DNA from: Chrysomallon squamiferum
Taxonomy: Eukaryota > Animalia > Mollusca
Assembly: GCA_012295275.1 (NCBI GenBank)
Contig: CM022669.1
Span: 10,664,001 to 10,728,000, forward strand
DNA: 64,000 nucleotides
Direction: 5' to 3'
This document shows, one piece after another, positions 51,560 through 64,000 of this stretch. Every line of letters starts with the position of its first letter. Positions within the stretch are counted from its first letter, which is position 1. Below the pieces are notes generated by a model. The model worked only from the letters and a program-made list of their open reading frames with translations, did no database searches and was not told the origin of the DNA. The translations under genes were made by a program, and so were the position numbers.

Positions 51560-52620
51560 TTATGATTAGGCAGTTTTACTCCTTCTTAATTGAAAAAAAC
51601 GTGTCATTATGATAATAGTTAATGGAAAGCTAATATAAGATTTATTAAAACATTATTACGCGAAAACGTGTGATAAATACATTCAAATAAATACAGTGAT
51701 TAGCCACATTTACACGATCTTAACTAAAAACCAACAACAACCACAACAACAACAAAAAGAAAAAAAAAAAAAGAAAAACAACAACAACAACAAAAAAAAA
51801 CATACGAAGGATATTTTCTTATATTTATTATTATTATAACTGATGAAAAGCTAAATCATTATTTATTAATATATTATCTTGCGAAAATGGATAGAAATAG
51901 ATCAACAGGTTTAGTGATGGCTACATTCATATAAAATCTTGATTAGCCATTTTTACATGATCGTAATTCAAATAATTATAGCGAGTGTTACATTATCAAA
52001 TTATTATTATTATGATGATAGTTTATGGAAAGCTAAATACAGGGGTACCTTGACTTACGAGCTTAATTCGTTCCGTTAAATTAACGACTTTGGCTGGAGT
52101 TATAACCTCTTTCGATTCCATCTGCTTCAGTATGGTACATATCGTAAAAGTGCTACGCTCGTACTGCCTAGCCATGTTGACTACACGCACACCTCCCTCA
52201 TGTTTTTCTACGATTTCATGCTTTAATTCAATGGACATTATCCGCTTCTTCTTCTCAGCACTGTCCTTCGCACTCACTTTCTTAAGAGCCATGGAAATTT
52301 TGCAAAATACTGCACAAAACGCGAGCACAGCACAACAGAGATGTAACCACGTGAAGCAAACGAGTACAATGCGGGATGTTGGGAGGTTCCACTGTATTAC
52401 GTATTAAAACATCATCTTGCGAAAATGTATGGACATAGCTCAGCATGTTTAATGATTAATCCTTTCAGAAAAGCAAAATTTTGATTAGCTATTTTTTTAC
52501 ACGATCATAATTCGACAAATCAACAGATTTAGTGATGAATACATTCTCGTATAAATATCATGATAAACGATATTTACGTGATCGTAATTCATGTAATTAT
52601 AGAGAGTGTTATATTAAATT
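51560..52620. repeat. Degenerate tandem repeat (about 190-nt unit, roughly 3 copies) interrupted by the Tigger fragment
   Basis: Recurring blocks GGAAAGCTAA, TTGCGAAAATG, GATTAGCCATTTTTACA(C/T)GATC, ATTATAG(C/A)GAGTGTTA. Confidence 0.75.
52040..52394 (-). mobile_element. Internally deleted Tigger/pogo (Tc1-mariner superfamily) element retaining the N-terminal CENP-B-type HTH of the transposase
   Basis: Flanked by TA on both sides (52038-39, 52395-96); imperfect inverted termini CAGGGGTACCT / CAGTGGAACCT; minus-strand ORF from ATG 52292 MALKKVSAKDSAEKKKRIMSIELKHEIVEKHEGGVRVVNMARQYERSTFTICTILKQ resembles Tigger transposase N-termini; no DDD catalytic domain. Confidence 0.85.
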
Positions 52621-53716
52621 ATACGTGATGTAATTATAACGTATGCTGGTGTAAGATAAGACAAAACATTGTGTTAAGTATGTTTGTTTTAGTCTATCTT
52701 CTTTTCCTGTTTGCTAATTCCCGATGATTAGTTTGCTCACTTAGAATTTTGATTGGCTTTATGTTGTATTTAATAACAGTTGTGTATTCTCAGTCATTCT
52801 GTTATTGCAGACAAAAGTCTGAAGTAATAAACATATTTTATATTTTTAAATTTCCTTGCAAACTGCATTTCTTAGTGGCGAAATGTTGTTTTATTTTTCT
52901 TGTTTTTGTTTTTTTTCGTTTTTTACAACACGCCATTAGATAATTGAATTAAACAATATGAACTAACGGGCTTCAAAAGTTAGACGCCTGCTGACAAAGA
53001 CTGAGCTTAATAATAGAAAAAAAGAAAAAAGGAAAAAATGAAACTGAAAAAACCGCCAACAACAACAGTATCCAAATTTAACAAAATGATGATGATGATA
53101 ATAATAATAATCATGTTATTATTATTATTATAATTGTTGTTGTTGTTGTTGTTTCTTTTCTTCTTCTTCTTCTTCTTCTTCTTCTTCTTCTTTATCTTCT
53201 TATCTTTTTTCCTAAATATAATACGTAATTAATTTAAACTGTTAAAAAATGTATTGACATAGACATGCACACGAAAGCAGAGATATATGCAGTTTCGTTT
53301 CACTTGGTGAGTAATCCTGTTTGTAAAGATTTCACTGTGAGACGTATATAGCTTTTGTCACAGTCAACCGCTCCAGTATATCGATTAGTCAGCAATTACT
53401 TTATGTATCACTGCGAACGTGACTATGTCATAAACAGAAGCCTAAAAAAAAATAGTTTATTTTGGAAGTGGTGTTTCTGTACGTAACAGATGATATAAAT
53501 AGTTAAACAGATTGATAAACAGACAGACAGACAGTAAAATAGACAGATGGATATACAGGTAAATAGTTAGGTATAGATAGATAGACACACACACACACAC
53601 ACACACACACAAATATTCATATATTCGTACATAAATGTTCTTATAATCTTTGATACATAAACACACACACACATACATATACATGTGTGTGTGTGTGTAT
53701 ACATATCTGTGCATGC

Positions 53717-53749
<33 letters not shown>

Positions 53750-53853
53750 AAGGGAGAGAGGGAGACAGAGAGTTTGAAAAAACTGACAAAACTAAAAATC
53801 GAAAATATAAAATAAAATAAAATAATAACTAAATAAATAAATAAAAATAAATA

Positions 53854-53894
<41 letters not shown>

Positions 53895-55696
53895 TAAAGA
53901 GTTCTATTAAAAAAAAAAATAAGTTTAAAATATCAAAAACAAAACCCGTGGAACTCTTCGTAAGTGTTCGGAACCATTCGGTTGACGTAAACAATAACAA
54001 ACTCCGGTAAAATCTGTTAGAAGCAAAACTATGACGTCAATAATGATATGACGTTGAACAATTGCCCGCTTTAATTTGATGTTCATGCAGTTTTCTTTCC
54101 ATTTGCACTGAACCTGACGGTCTTCGAAAAAGGTAAGCGAAATATTTTCGGAATTTCAGACACGTCTTTTCTACCTTGTTCTTATTTAGACAAAACTGTT
54201 AAGCAGATCTTCAAGGAGAATAATTAATTAACCATAGTAATATTGTCTTATATTGATATAAATGTCTTGGGCAAATAAATGTAAATATTTTTTGCTGTTA
54301 TATCTACGTACGTACTTCTTGGGTTTCACCAGCTGAAAAAAAAAAAAAAAAAAATTGAACTCGCTTCAAAGATACGACATGCACAGACAGCAAGTTTTCC
54401 TAGCAGTGGACATTATGTCTCTTGGTGGATATAAAGGGTTACATTACTTACAGTTGATTAATTGAATTGAAGTCACTAGCTGATAATTACAACACTAGAA
54501 CTGACACGCATGGGGATTATTATGTTAGACATTGAAAAAAAAAATATATCTAGAATTTCATAAAGGCGAAACCTTAATTACAATATTTCCGTTTAGCATT
54601 TTTTTTTTTTTTTTATTATTATTATTTCTTTGTAGTTCATTCATTACGCTCTTTATTTATTCATTCATTTATTCCGATTTTTTTATTTCTTTATTTGTTT
54701 ATTTCATAAATTATTTTTTATTCTTTCATTGTCATTTTTATGTGTTTCCTTCTCTGTTTGTTTAGTTATGTTGATAACGATTGTTATATGTGTTTCTTTC
54801 TTTATTTTTTGTCCATTTATTTATTTATTTACTTGTTTATTTATTTATTTATTTATTTTCTTTATTGTCTGATATTTCGACATTATGTTTTTATTATTGG
54901 AATAATAATTTTTACTGTGATTAGCAAAGAGTCGAAACAACTATTTTATTATGACGTGCTGACTGGACTGTTTCTGGTTTTTGTCAGTGTTTTATAATTT
55001 CTTGTCAGTGACGTTGGTATATGTTTTGCCGCTGATTGGAGAATACCAGTTCAATGAGTGCTTAGTGATAATAAGAAAGGGTTGATATTTATGTGCCGGA
55101 AGCAGCCTTTTTCTCTATAATAATAATACCAAATATTTTCTGTTGACACATAATAATTATTAATGTCAAAAATCTTTCGATATTTAATAAATAAACAAAG
55201 TAAATAAATAAATAGACAAATAAACAGAGATATTGATAATAAATTAATAAATAAACTGACAGACAGACAGAGAGAAAAACAAATAGATAGACAAGTAAAC
55301 AAATGTATAAATTCATTCAGTTAACTAATTAGTTTAAAAGTCAAAACGTTTTTATTTTCCTATCTACTGAAATTCAATATGTTATTTTTTTTTTTTCAGT
55401 TTTAATACTTTCCATTTTCCAGAATAAAGGAAAAAAAATAATAACAAAATAAATAGCTGTTATTATAATTAGTACAACGAGTAAAATAAACAATTTAAAA
55501 CTGTCAAATATTTAGGTGTGTGTACGTGTTTGTGTCTTAACACTTGTAGGAAAGCAAATTATATAGCCTTTGATGAGCAGTTCTATGGAATGGTTGGATC
55601 CTAAATTAGACCATCAAAGATTTATATTTTAAAAATTTACTGACGCAGACTGACCTCTTAATTATAGTTCTTTTTTGGTTGAATGCAACATTAGGC

Positions 55697-56869
55697 CTAT
55701 CTATTTCTTCTAAATATGATGTCTTTCAGTCGATTACGAAACAAAGAGTTAAAGCCAGCGTATAAGAAAAAGTTAACAGAATGATTGATCATTTCCAACA
55801 CACGAGCGAATGTTCCAAACACATCCATAACTTCCCCTTCGTACACTTCCTCGTCAAACTGGCGAACGAATCTTAAATTTATGTCGATTAACAGCGGCAG
55901 AATAAGGATGATGTAAGACGTGTGAACGCTGACTAACATGGCGGAGACTTTGGTGTACGAGTCAGCCTGGTCTGACCTCACTGTTATCCGAGACCTGGCT
56001 TTTCTTTGTCTTACCAAAGTGATGCAGATAATTAGAGTTAGAACGATCAAAATAAACATGGGCAGAATTGCATTAAGTAATGAACCCAGCAAGACCATAA
56101 CGGTCGCTTCCAGGCGTGTTTGCGATGTTGCTATCGTGGGCAAACACGCCGATCCCCGGACACCAACGTTCTTTATAGACAAGCCGCTGAAAACGACGGC
56201 GACACTACATATGACGATAATGAAAGAAACGGTCTTGCGCTTCGTGCACATAATTCTGGCTTTCAGAGGCAAGCAGATGGCGATGAATCGTTCTATGCAT
56301 ATTATAACCATGAGCCACGAGGAGACCATCTTGATAGAACGACGAAAGAAATGGTAGACCTGACATCCGCTGTTTGAGATGGCGAGAATATCCATGCCGA
56401 ACAAGTCGACAACAAACTGCTTGTTGACGGCAATGATGAACAGCGCTGTCGAATCTGTGACAGCGAGCGTTGTCAGACAAATGCTCCACTTCATTGTCCT
56501 GAACGGCAACGACAACATTGTAAACAGCGTGATGCCGTTACCCGCCAAACCTATGAAGAAACACGTGGGCACAAAAACCAGGTACACCTTGTCTATTGCA
56601 GCTTTCCTCGACACAGCTTCAACTTCAGAAGGTGATTCAGTAATGTTTTCTGAACTGTTTCGTACAGCTGACGAGTTGATGATATTCGTTGATGTTGATG
56701 TTTCTGCGCTACTCGTCACTGATCCCGATGTATTTGTAAAGCTATCGTCTCTTTCTGTTGTCTGAGTTTCGTTGAGAAGTTCATCAGTTGTGTTAAGTGA
56801 AACCGTACTGGAAGTCGAAACGTTGGCGAGTGTAGCTGTCACCATCATGATCGTAACGAACTGAAGCAT
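55697..56869 (-). CDS. Rhodopsin-class orphan GPCR, paralog 2 (390 aa)
   Basis: Intact ORF; GLAGN, LAVTD, ICIERFIAICLPL, NHSVNFFLY; signal-peptide-like N-terminus; aligns by eye with paralogs 1 and 3; acceptor ttttag about 15 nt upstream of the ATG. Confidence 0.95.
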   Translation of the reverse strand: MLQFVTIMMVTATLANVSTSSTVSLNTTDELLNETQTTERDDSFTNTSGSVTSSAETSTSTNIINSSAVRNSSENITESPSEVEAVSRKAAIDKVYLVFVPTCFFIGLAGNGITLFTMLSLPFRTMKWSICLTTLAVTDSTALFIIAVNKQFVVDLFGMDILAISNSGCQVYHFFRRSIKMVSSWLMVIICIERFIAICLPLKARIMCTKRKTVSFIIVICSVAVVFSGLSIKNVGVRGSACLPTIATSQTRLEATVMVLLGSLLNAILPMFILIVLTLIICITLVRQRKARSRITVRSDQADSYTKVSAMLVSVHTSYIILILPLLIDINLRFVRQFDEEVYEGEVMDVFGTFARVLEMINHSVNFFLYAGFNSLFRNRLKDIIFRRNR

Positions 56870-56967
56870 TATTCTAGCGATCTCCTAAAATAATTAAAAT
56901 CAAATTCGTAAAGTATTACTAAGCGATTACTGTATCTGGGTGGATAACATCCTGCATGCGTACTCCA

Positions 56968-57080
<113 letters not shown>

Positions 57081-58333
57081 GATGCCGAATAACAAAAACA
57101 CAAGTATACATTCTTTTTCTAATATTTTATTTTATTTTATTTTGTTCGTTTCTTTTTTCTTTTTTTCGGAAACTTATTCATAAAGACACACCTATTTAAA
57201 TTTATTTTTATATAAAATAATATAAAATATAAATATTTCAAGACATCGATTAACTGAATAAAATGTTTACAAGTATGCGTCATATATAATGCTACTTAGT
57301 AAAGGAGTAAAATCTTTAAAATTAAAATTAAATTAAAAATTAAAACAAAATTGAAAAATTAAAAAATAAAATTAATATTAAAATTAAATTAAAAATTAAA
57401 ATTAAAATTAAAATTAAAATTAAAATTAAAATTAAACAACAAGATTTGAAAACAAATATAATTTTACGCAAATAAAGAAACCAGTTACCTTGCTTTGTCT
57501 GACAAGAAGATCTGTAATTCAACAAAAAAATGGGTTAGTGGTGTAGCTCTATATTTGTAGGTGTAATGAAAAGATCTACTCATTACTGCGGCCGTTATCC
57601 AATCAACACTCGATATTGATCTCGTGCACTCACATTACCAGCGTGCGCCTTGCAACCCGTCACAATACCGTGACAAGAAAACAAATTTCTTCTTCAGAAC
57701 GGAACATCATTTAATGGACAGAATCCGGAACTGTGTTTTGCAGGCAATGGTGATTATTCAAAACATATACGCGAACAAAAAGGCCACAAACTGATCGAGT
57801 ATCTCGGATCTTTTATTTTCAAACAATATCATTTTGTAGGCGAGACTTCGAGCAGGAGATTGGAAAGAAATGAAAAATATGTGTACACAAAAAAGCAAGA
57901 AGATGTAGAAATGAAGCGGAATTGAAGTCTGCTATGTTCTCGGCGTAGTGACAATATTAAGTTCTCAGATGTCAGCCGTTTTATTTATATCAGTAAACGA
58001 ATAATAGGTTTTCGTGAGGTACTTTTCAGTTTCGGTCTTTTGAAAGGTCAAGAGCAGAAAAGTACATCATGTCGTATGCTATTTTGTTTGTCTTCTTGTT
58101 CATTTCTGAAAGGTGTATATATATATATATTTTTTTTGAATCCTGAAAAGGTCTGCTCGACAAAAAATACAATCAGCGAAAATTGTATGCACAATTAACT
58201 GCACATTTTCAGACGAAACATGTTATCTTGGAAATTACGAACACCTTAATGAGACAGCCTGAGTAGCCACGTTATTCAACTACAATACCGACTGATCGTA
58301 AAGCTGGTCGTAACTCTTAAGTCCAGTCTGTTC

Positions 58334-58439
<106 letters not shown>

Positions 58440-59752
58440 TACGCACAAATATATATATACACACATACATGTATATATAGACGTGTGCATATGGGTATGT
58501 TGGTGAACCATAAAAGTCTTTCAGATGAGCACAGTTCATAATTTAATAAAATCGAAAACGAAATACATGACCACATATTTACATTCTACTGCTTCTATGC
58601 CCAAAATAGCTTCTAATTATCACAACGACTTATTGGTGTGACAGTTCACATTTTGCGAGAGTCTTTGCCGTGATGACATCATAATTGTCGTTCTTTACAA
58701 CGAGTTGCCGCCCCTTGAAGGACAAACATGATATATCGGCCGATGTCAACCGAATATTCATATTGTCGTGTCTGAAATGATTAACAGCTGTTGATTTTGT
58801 TTTCTGGGAAGTTGAAGATTGTTAGTGAGCAGAAAAGAGCCTTGGCCTTCTTTCAACTTATAATTTTCATGTGAGAACACGTGTTTATCTGTCTGCTGCT
58901 AATGTGTCATTCCGTCAAGAACAACACGAACAACAGAAGCAGTGTCATATTCATAACAATCATCAACAAAACGATGACGACAAGAACAACAACAACAACA
59001 ACAATACTACTAATAATAGTAGTAGTGGTAATAATGCGTGTACCATTACCACTACTGTTACTGTTAGTACTACAACATGTGTATTACTGCTACTACTGCG
59101 ACATTATTATACTACAACTATTATTAGTATAGCTAGTGCTGTTGGTACTACCATTTTGTTAGTACTACTGATATGCTATTACTACTATTACAGCTATTAC
59201 CCCTACCTAGACCGCTACTATTACGACTACTACTACTACTACTACTACTCCCTCTATTACTACTACCACTACTACTACTGCTATTACTACCACTAATTAA
59301 CAAATAGAGAGGTTTACCACAGACGTATCTTTCACATACCGAATTCCTATCGTTTTTTCACGCGAGATTTCCTCGATACGGGACAAGCCTACACACACGT
59401 GTTTACATACAGCGAAACACTTACACGTCTGCATTTCCGTATCGTTATAGCAATTTTTTGAGACATTACAAAGGGTGAGTCTTGTGTTTATGATTTTCTG
59501 TAGTCATCTTTGCACAGATTAGTACTGCTTAAGTTGCATTTTCTTACATGGTTTTCACATAAATGATTGCCAAAGCTGTAGTTACTTCCCTTCCTTGATC
59601 TATTTCGATAGGAGCTTTGTGTTTCACAACTATGCTAAACCTCTCTAATAATATCAACAAAATAATTCGTTTTCGTTTGACAATACCTGTCTGTTTCTGC
59701 AACAAACAAACAAAAAAAAAACCAGCAGAATATTTATTTACGACTTTTCTAA

Positions 59753-60913
59753 CTAGCTCGATCTCTCAATGCTCGTTATTCGAGAGAGGATATCCTTTAG
59801 CCGTTTACGAAACAAGGGATTAAAACCAACATATAGAAAAAAGTTAATAGAATGATTTGTCATTTCACAAATACGGGCGAATATGCTAAACTCTGCGACA
59901 GCTATTTCTCTGTATACTGGTGTGTATAACTGGTGATAAAATCTTAAGTTTATGTCAATGAAAAGCGGCAGAGCAAGAATTATGTAAGACGTGTGGACGC
60001 TGATCAACATTGCGGACACTCTCGTGAACGGGTCGATTTGATTCGATCTAAGCGACATTTGAAATCTGGCTTTTCTTTGTCGTATCAGCGAGATACATAT
60101 TACTAGAGTTAAAACGATTAGTATGGACATTGGCAGAACTGCTGAAATAACCGACCCAACGAGCAACAGGATTGTCTCTTTAGTTCTGTTGGCAGGCGTG
60201 GTTATGGTTGGAAGACAAACAGCCTCACGGACGCCGACGCCAGTAACTGATGCTCCGCTGATGATGGTGGCGAGACAGCACGTCGTCAGAATGAAGGAAA
60301 TGGTGCTTCGTTTGGTACACATGAGTTTCACTTTCAGTGGGAAGCAAACAGCGACGAAGCGTTCGAGACAGATCAGAACCACTAACCATGACGTGACTAT
60401 CTTGCAGGTTCGTCGAAAGAAGTGGAACAGTTTACATCCAGTATCAGAGATGGCAAGAGAATCGACGCCGAGAGCGAAATCCAAGACAATCAGCAGCAGT
60501 ATCATTGTGTCTGTGACAGCCATTGAAATGAGGCTTATACTCCACGTCATGGTTCTGAAAGGGAACGTGACCATGGTGACGATTGTCAAACCGTTACCTA
60601 TCAAACCAATCGAGAAGAAGAAGGGGACGGAAATGAGAAACACTTTGTTCATAGCACCGTTTTCCGAAAACGAGTCAGTGACGTTGGCAGTTTTGGACAT
60701 CGAGGTTTTATCTGGTGGCTTAGCATCCGTCGAAGAAATAAAGTGTACTGCTTCTTTTACATCGCCAGTAATATTTCCTGTTTCTAAAGTGTCAGAGTCT
60801 GAGATAAGACTTTCCTTGGTTGTAGACAGGCTGGAGATGGTCTTCATTAATGTGACGTTATCGAGTGTAATCACCATTACCGTTATCATGAGACATCCTT
60901 TGAAAAGCGCCAT
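59753..60913 (-). CDS. Rhodopsin-class orphan GPCR, paralog 3 (386 aa)
   Basis: Intact ORF; GLIGN, MAVTD, ICLERFVAVCFPL, NHSINFFLY; acceptor tttttcag at about 60927. Confidence 0.95.
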   Translation of the reverse strand: MALFKGCLMITVMVITLDNVTLMKTISSLSTTKESLISDSDTLETGNITGDVKEAVHFISSTDAKPPDKTSMSKTANVTDSFSENGAMNKVFLISVPFFFSIGLIGNGLTIVTMVTFPFRTMTWSISLISMAVTDTMILLLIVLDFALGVDSLAISDTGCKLFHFFRRTCKIVTSWLVVLICLERFVAVCFPLKVKLMCTKRSTISFILTTCCLATIISGASVTGVGVREAVCLPTITTPANRTKETILLLVGSVISAVLPMSILIVLTLVICISLIRQRKARFQMSLRSNQIDPFTRVSAMLISVHTSYIILALPLFIDINLRFYHQLYTPVYREIAVAEFSIFARICEMTNHSINFFLYVGFNPLFRKRLKDILSRITSIERSS

Positions 60914-62525
60914 CTTGTAAACTTATCTGAAAACAATTGAAGACCATAACTAAATTTATGTTGTACATATAAATTATTTCTCTCTCTCTCTCTTTGTCTG
61001 TCTCTCCCTCTCTCTTCCTCTAAGTTCCCTCTTTCTTTCTTTCTATATCTTTCCAGTATATCTGTCTGTTTTCCTGTTTTTAGTCTTATTTTTGTTTGTA
61101 TGAAATCAAAACAATAAATATTAAAATGTGGATATATAAATCATCTATTAGAATACGATCAAAACAAACCAAGCATAAATAACATTATTTAAGAGCGAAA
61201 CACTTTTGGCTTTTAACGTCCAGTGTTTTGTATGAAATATAAATTTCGAATCCACAAAAAACACATCCATTACACAAAAGAGATACGTATGATTAAAATG
61301 CTTCAACAAAAGATATTTGTAAGAAAGCTGAAAACAAAAACGACAAACGTTTTAAAGAAAAATGTTTACAAAATCATTAACTTACGTTCTTTTAACAGCA
61401 GTTTTCCTTCATTTCTACATCAATGGGGAAGTAAAATTGATTACTAATGTAAAACCTACAGGCAACGTATAATAATAACTGTTTCTAATTTCAGAATCAA
61501 CAGCCAATGATACGTTTTTTCAGTATTCTCTCGCGCGCTGTTGTCTTTGGAATCATTATTTGTCGCTATATTTCAAATAAAAGAGAAGTGCTATATTTCT
61601 GTCTGTCTACGTGATCGCACGATAACATGTAATAACGATTATTGTTTATTGTTTATTGCCAAAAAAAAAAAAAATGAATCAGCGTTCATAGTGTTTTCTA
61701 ATCTTCTGTTCTTTATTTTTCTTGACAGTCGGAAGTAAATGACAAAAATAAGTCAGGATCTATATCTGAAAATTACAAACAGAAGACAAAAGGTTGTTTA
61801 TTGTCTATCAGATCGGTGATGTAAACTGAGTCAAAACATACTGGAACGATCTGCAATATGCCTCAAAGACAGGTATAAAATAAGCGATATATTACATATA
61901 TACGTGGATGAAGGTATAGGTTAATCAGTGCGCTTCAGTGTTTGTAGATTATTATTTTGTGAGACATGTTAAAACGAACATTTCACTGATCTATTATTTC
62001 TATTTTACGAAAACTAAAAATATGGATATTCGCTTTATATTTCTATTGGATAATTTTCTTCAGTTTATCTACATTTTTTTTTATTTTTCTTTATTTCATC
62101 TTTGTACCATTTCTTTTTCAATTACACAGGTTGAGGTGTTCACGGTCTTCTAAACACAACAGTTCATTATAATGATGTCCTATAGTTTATTCAATTAATT
62201 TTTAGTCATTATGATAATTTTTATGTGTATTGTTAATATTGCTAATCTTTTTGTTGATGTTCATATTCATAATTTGTTTGCATTTAAATTTTAACTTTAA
62301 TTTTAATTTGAATTTTGAAATATGTTTGATTTCAGATAATTTAGGTCTAAAGCGAATAAATGCATCGTTTCCAAAAGAAAATTGACTTCACCGACAAACT
62401 CTGTTTATTTCCAGGTGAGATGGCAGATATATCTGTGAAACAAAATATCTGTTTATAATTTAAAACTTTATTCTATACAGTCTCATGATTTTCTCAGCTT
62501 TATGACGAACTGCATGTATGATGTG

Positions 62526-62613
<88 letters not shown>

Positions 62614-63782
62614 TTCATTCATTACTTCTTTTACTTCACTGATCTGTATCTGTGATCTGTAACACAAAAACCGGCTTGTGGTTTTAATGCCTGAAATTGT
62701 ATTATTTTGATATCGCTGTTTTATGATCAGGAATTATTATGTTGAAAAGTTTATCACACAGTTGTATTCCTGTGTCTAACAGCGAGCCTGCTAATTAGAA
62801 AATAATAGACTGTGATTTCTTCTGCAGTCTGAAAAGTAGAAAAATACGGTAATTTAATTTAGCCGAGATCAGTTAAAATCAGGTTTGGTCAGGATCTGAA
62901 ATAAAAAAAAATAAAAATAATTAAAAAAAATCAAACAAAAAAAACAAAAACACAAACATCAAACAAAAAATAAATAATCATAAAAAATAAAAATAAAAAT
63001 AAACCAACCCTCACCCCCAAAAAAAAAAAAAAAAAAAACAACAATAAATACAACAAACTCACAAATTAACAGTAACAGTATTTTAATAGCAATATTTTAT
63101 TTCCACGAACTTCTATATATTTTTAGCATGTCTCACCGAAAGGTTTATGTTACGCTTAATAAAGCACAAAGCGTAATACAAATCTAAAGCTTAATACAAA
63201 TTAACATTGATGAAATAACTTCACTGATTAACTAATGATATAAACATATACACAAAAATATTTATACCTATACACCCATTAACAACAAACTTTGCAAAAC
63301 AGTTCTCAGTATTAATGGTAAAGTAATATATTTAGTTATTAACTTTAATACTGCTTCGATTGATTAATGTTTTTGTTTTGTTTTTCAGGTGATCTTATTT
63401 CTAATTATTATTTATTTGCCTCTTTACTCTTTCTTTCTTGTTTGTTTGTTTCTTTGGCCTGATGAGGTAGAAACTATAAGATGCTTTGAAGGATCGTTCG
63501 TTTCAGTTTCTGTATTAAACATTTTCTAGTACACGATTTTGCTTCAGAATCCGAAACAGTTTATTCTTATGAAAATAATATATCGTCATTAATTCAACAG
63601 TGCTGCGTGAATTTTAATTCCTATTAAAATAAAGACGCTCTTGTGCAAAATAATTCTAATAAATAGGTTGCCAGCACAAATGTAAAAATATATAATAATA
63701 TGTTTTTAAAATCTGTACACGAACTAAAAAACCAGATAAAAGCAGCAAAAACATTTACAGGATGAATCCACTTCGTCCTTTG

Positions 63783-64000
63783 TCAGTGGTTTTCTATCTC
63801 AACGCTGGACGTGCGGGAAAATATATCCTTCAGTCGCTGTCGAAACAGAGAATTCAAACCAACGTAGAGAAAGAAGTTAATGGAATGGTTGATCATCTCA
63901 CACACGCGAGAGAATGTGTCAAACACAGCCAAGAGATCGTTGTCAAATAAATCAGGACGGAACTGTCGAACGTATTTCATGTTGAAGACAATAAACAGCG
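63783..64000 (-). CDS. Rhodopsin-class orphan GPCR, paralog 4 (C-terminal part; truncated by the window edge)
   Basis: YVRQF...FSRVCEMINHSINFFLYVGLNSLFRQRLKDIFSR matches ECL3/TM7/helix 8 of the other three paralogs. Confidence 0.9.
   Translation of the reverse strand, partial: LFIVFNMKYVRQFRPDLFDNDLLAVFDTFSRVCEMINHSINFFLYVGLNSLFRQRLKDIFSRTSSVEIENH

Noticed and set aside
60123-60920. 265-aa plus-strand ORF (also 48306-48956, 48625-49227, 55938-56357, 56379-56765)
   Set aside because: Antisense shadows of the GPCR coding sequences; no independent protein features.

Overview
AT-rich, microsatellite-dense eukaryotic (metazoan, probably lophotrochozoan/molluscan; this is inference) genomic DNA. 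All recognisable genes lie on the minus strand. From left to right: (1) ELP1/IKBKAP (Elongator subunit 1), 29 coding exons traced by hand with consistent GT-AG phases from ATG 16706 down to 452, with the 3' end outside the window; (2) a complete 21-coding-exon, about 1048-aa single-pass receptor guanylyl cyclase of the natriuretic-peptide-receptor type (41883-20002); (3) a tandem array of at least four paralogous rhodopsin-class GPCRs with intronless coding regions (three complete, one cut by the right edge). Non-coding features include an internally deleted Tigger/pogo element inserted into a tandem repeat, SINE-like relics, minisatellites that copy ELP1 splice sites, a copy of the cyclase 3'UTR inside its own intron, and many SSRs. 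The best candidate for an undescribed system is the GPCR array (unusual cationic TM3) next to the receptor cyclase, possibly a chemosensory or peptide-sensing locus; this link is speculative. Most short ORFs in the supplied track are microsatellite or antisense artefacts.
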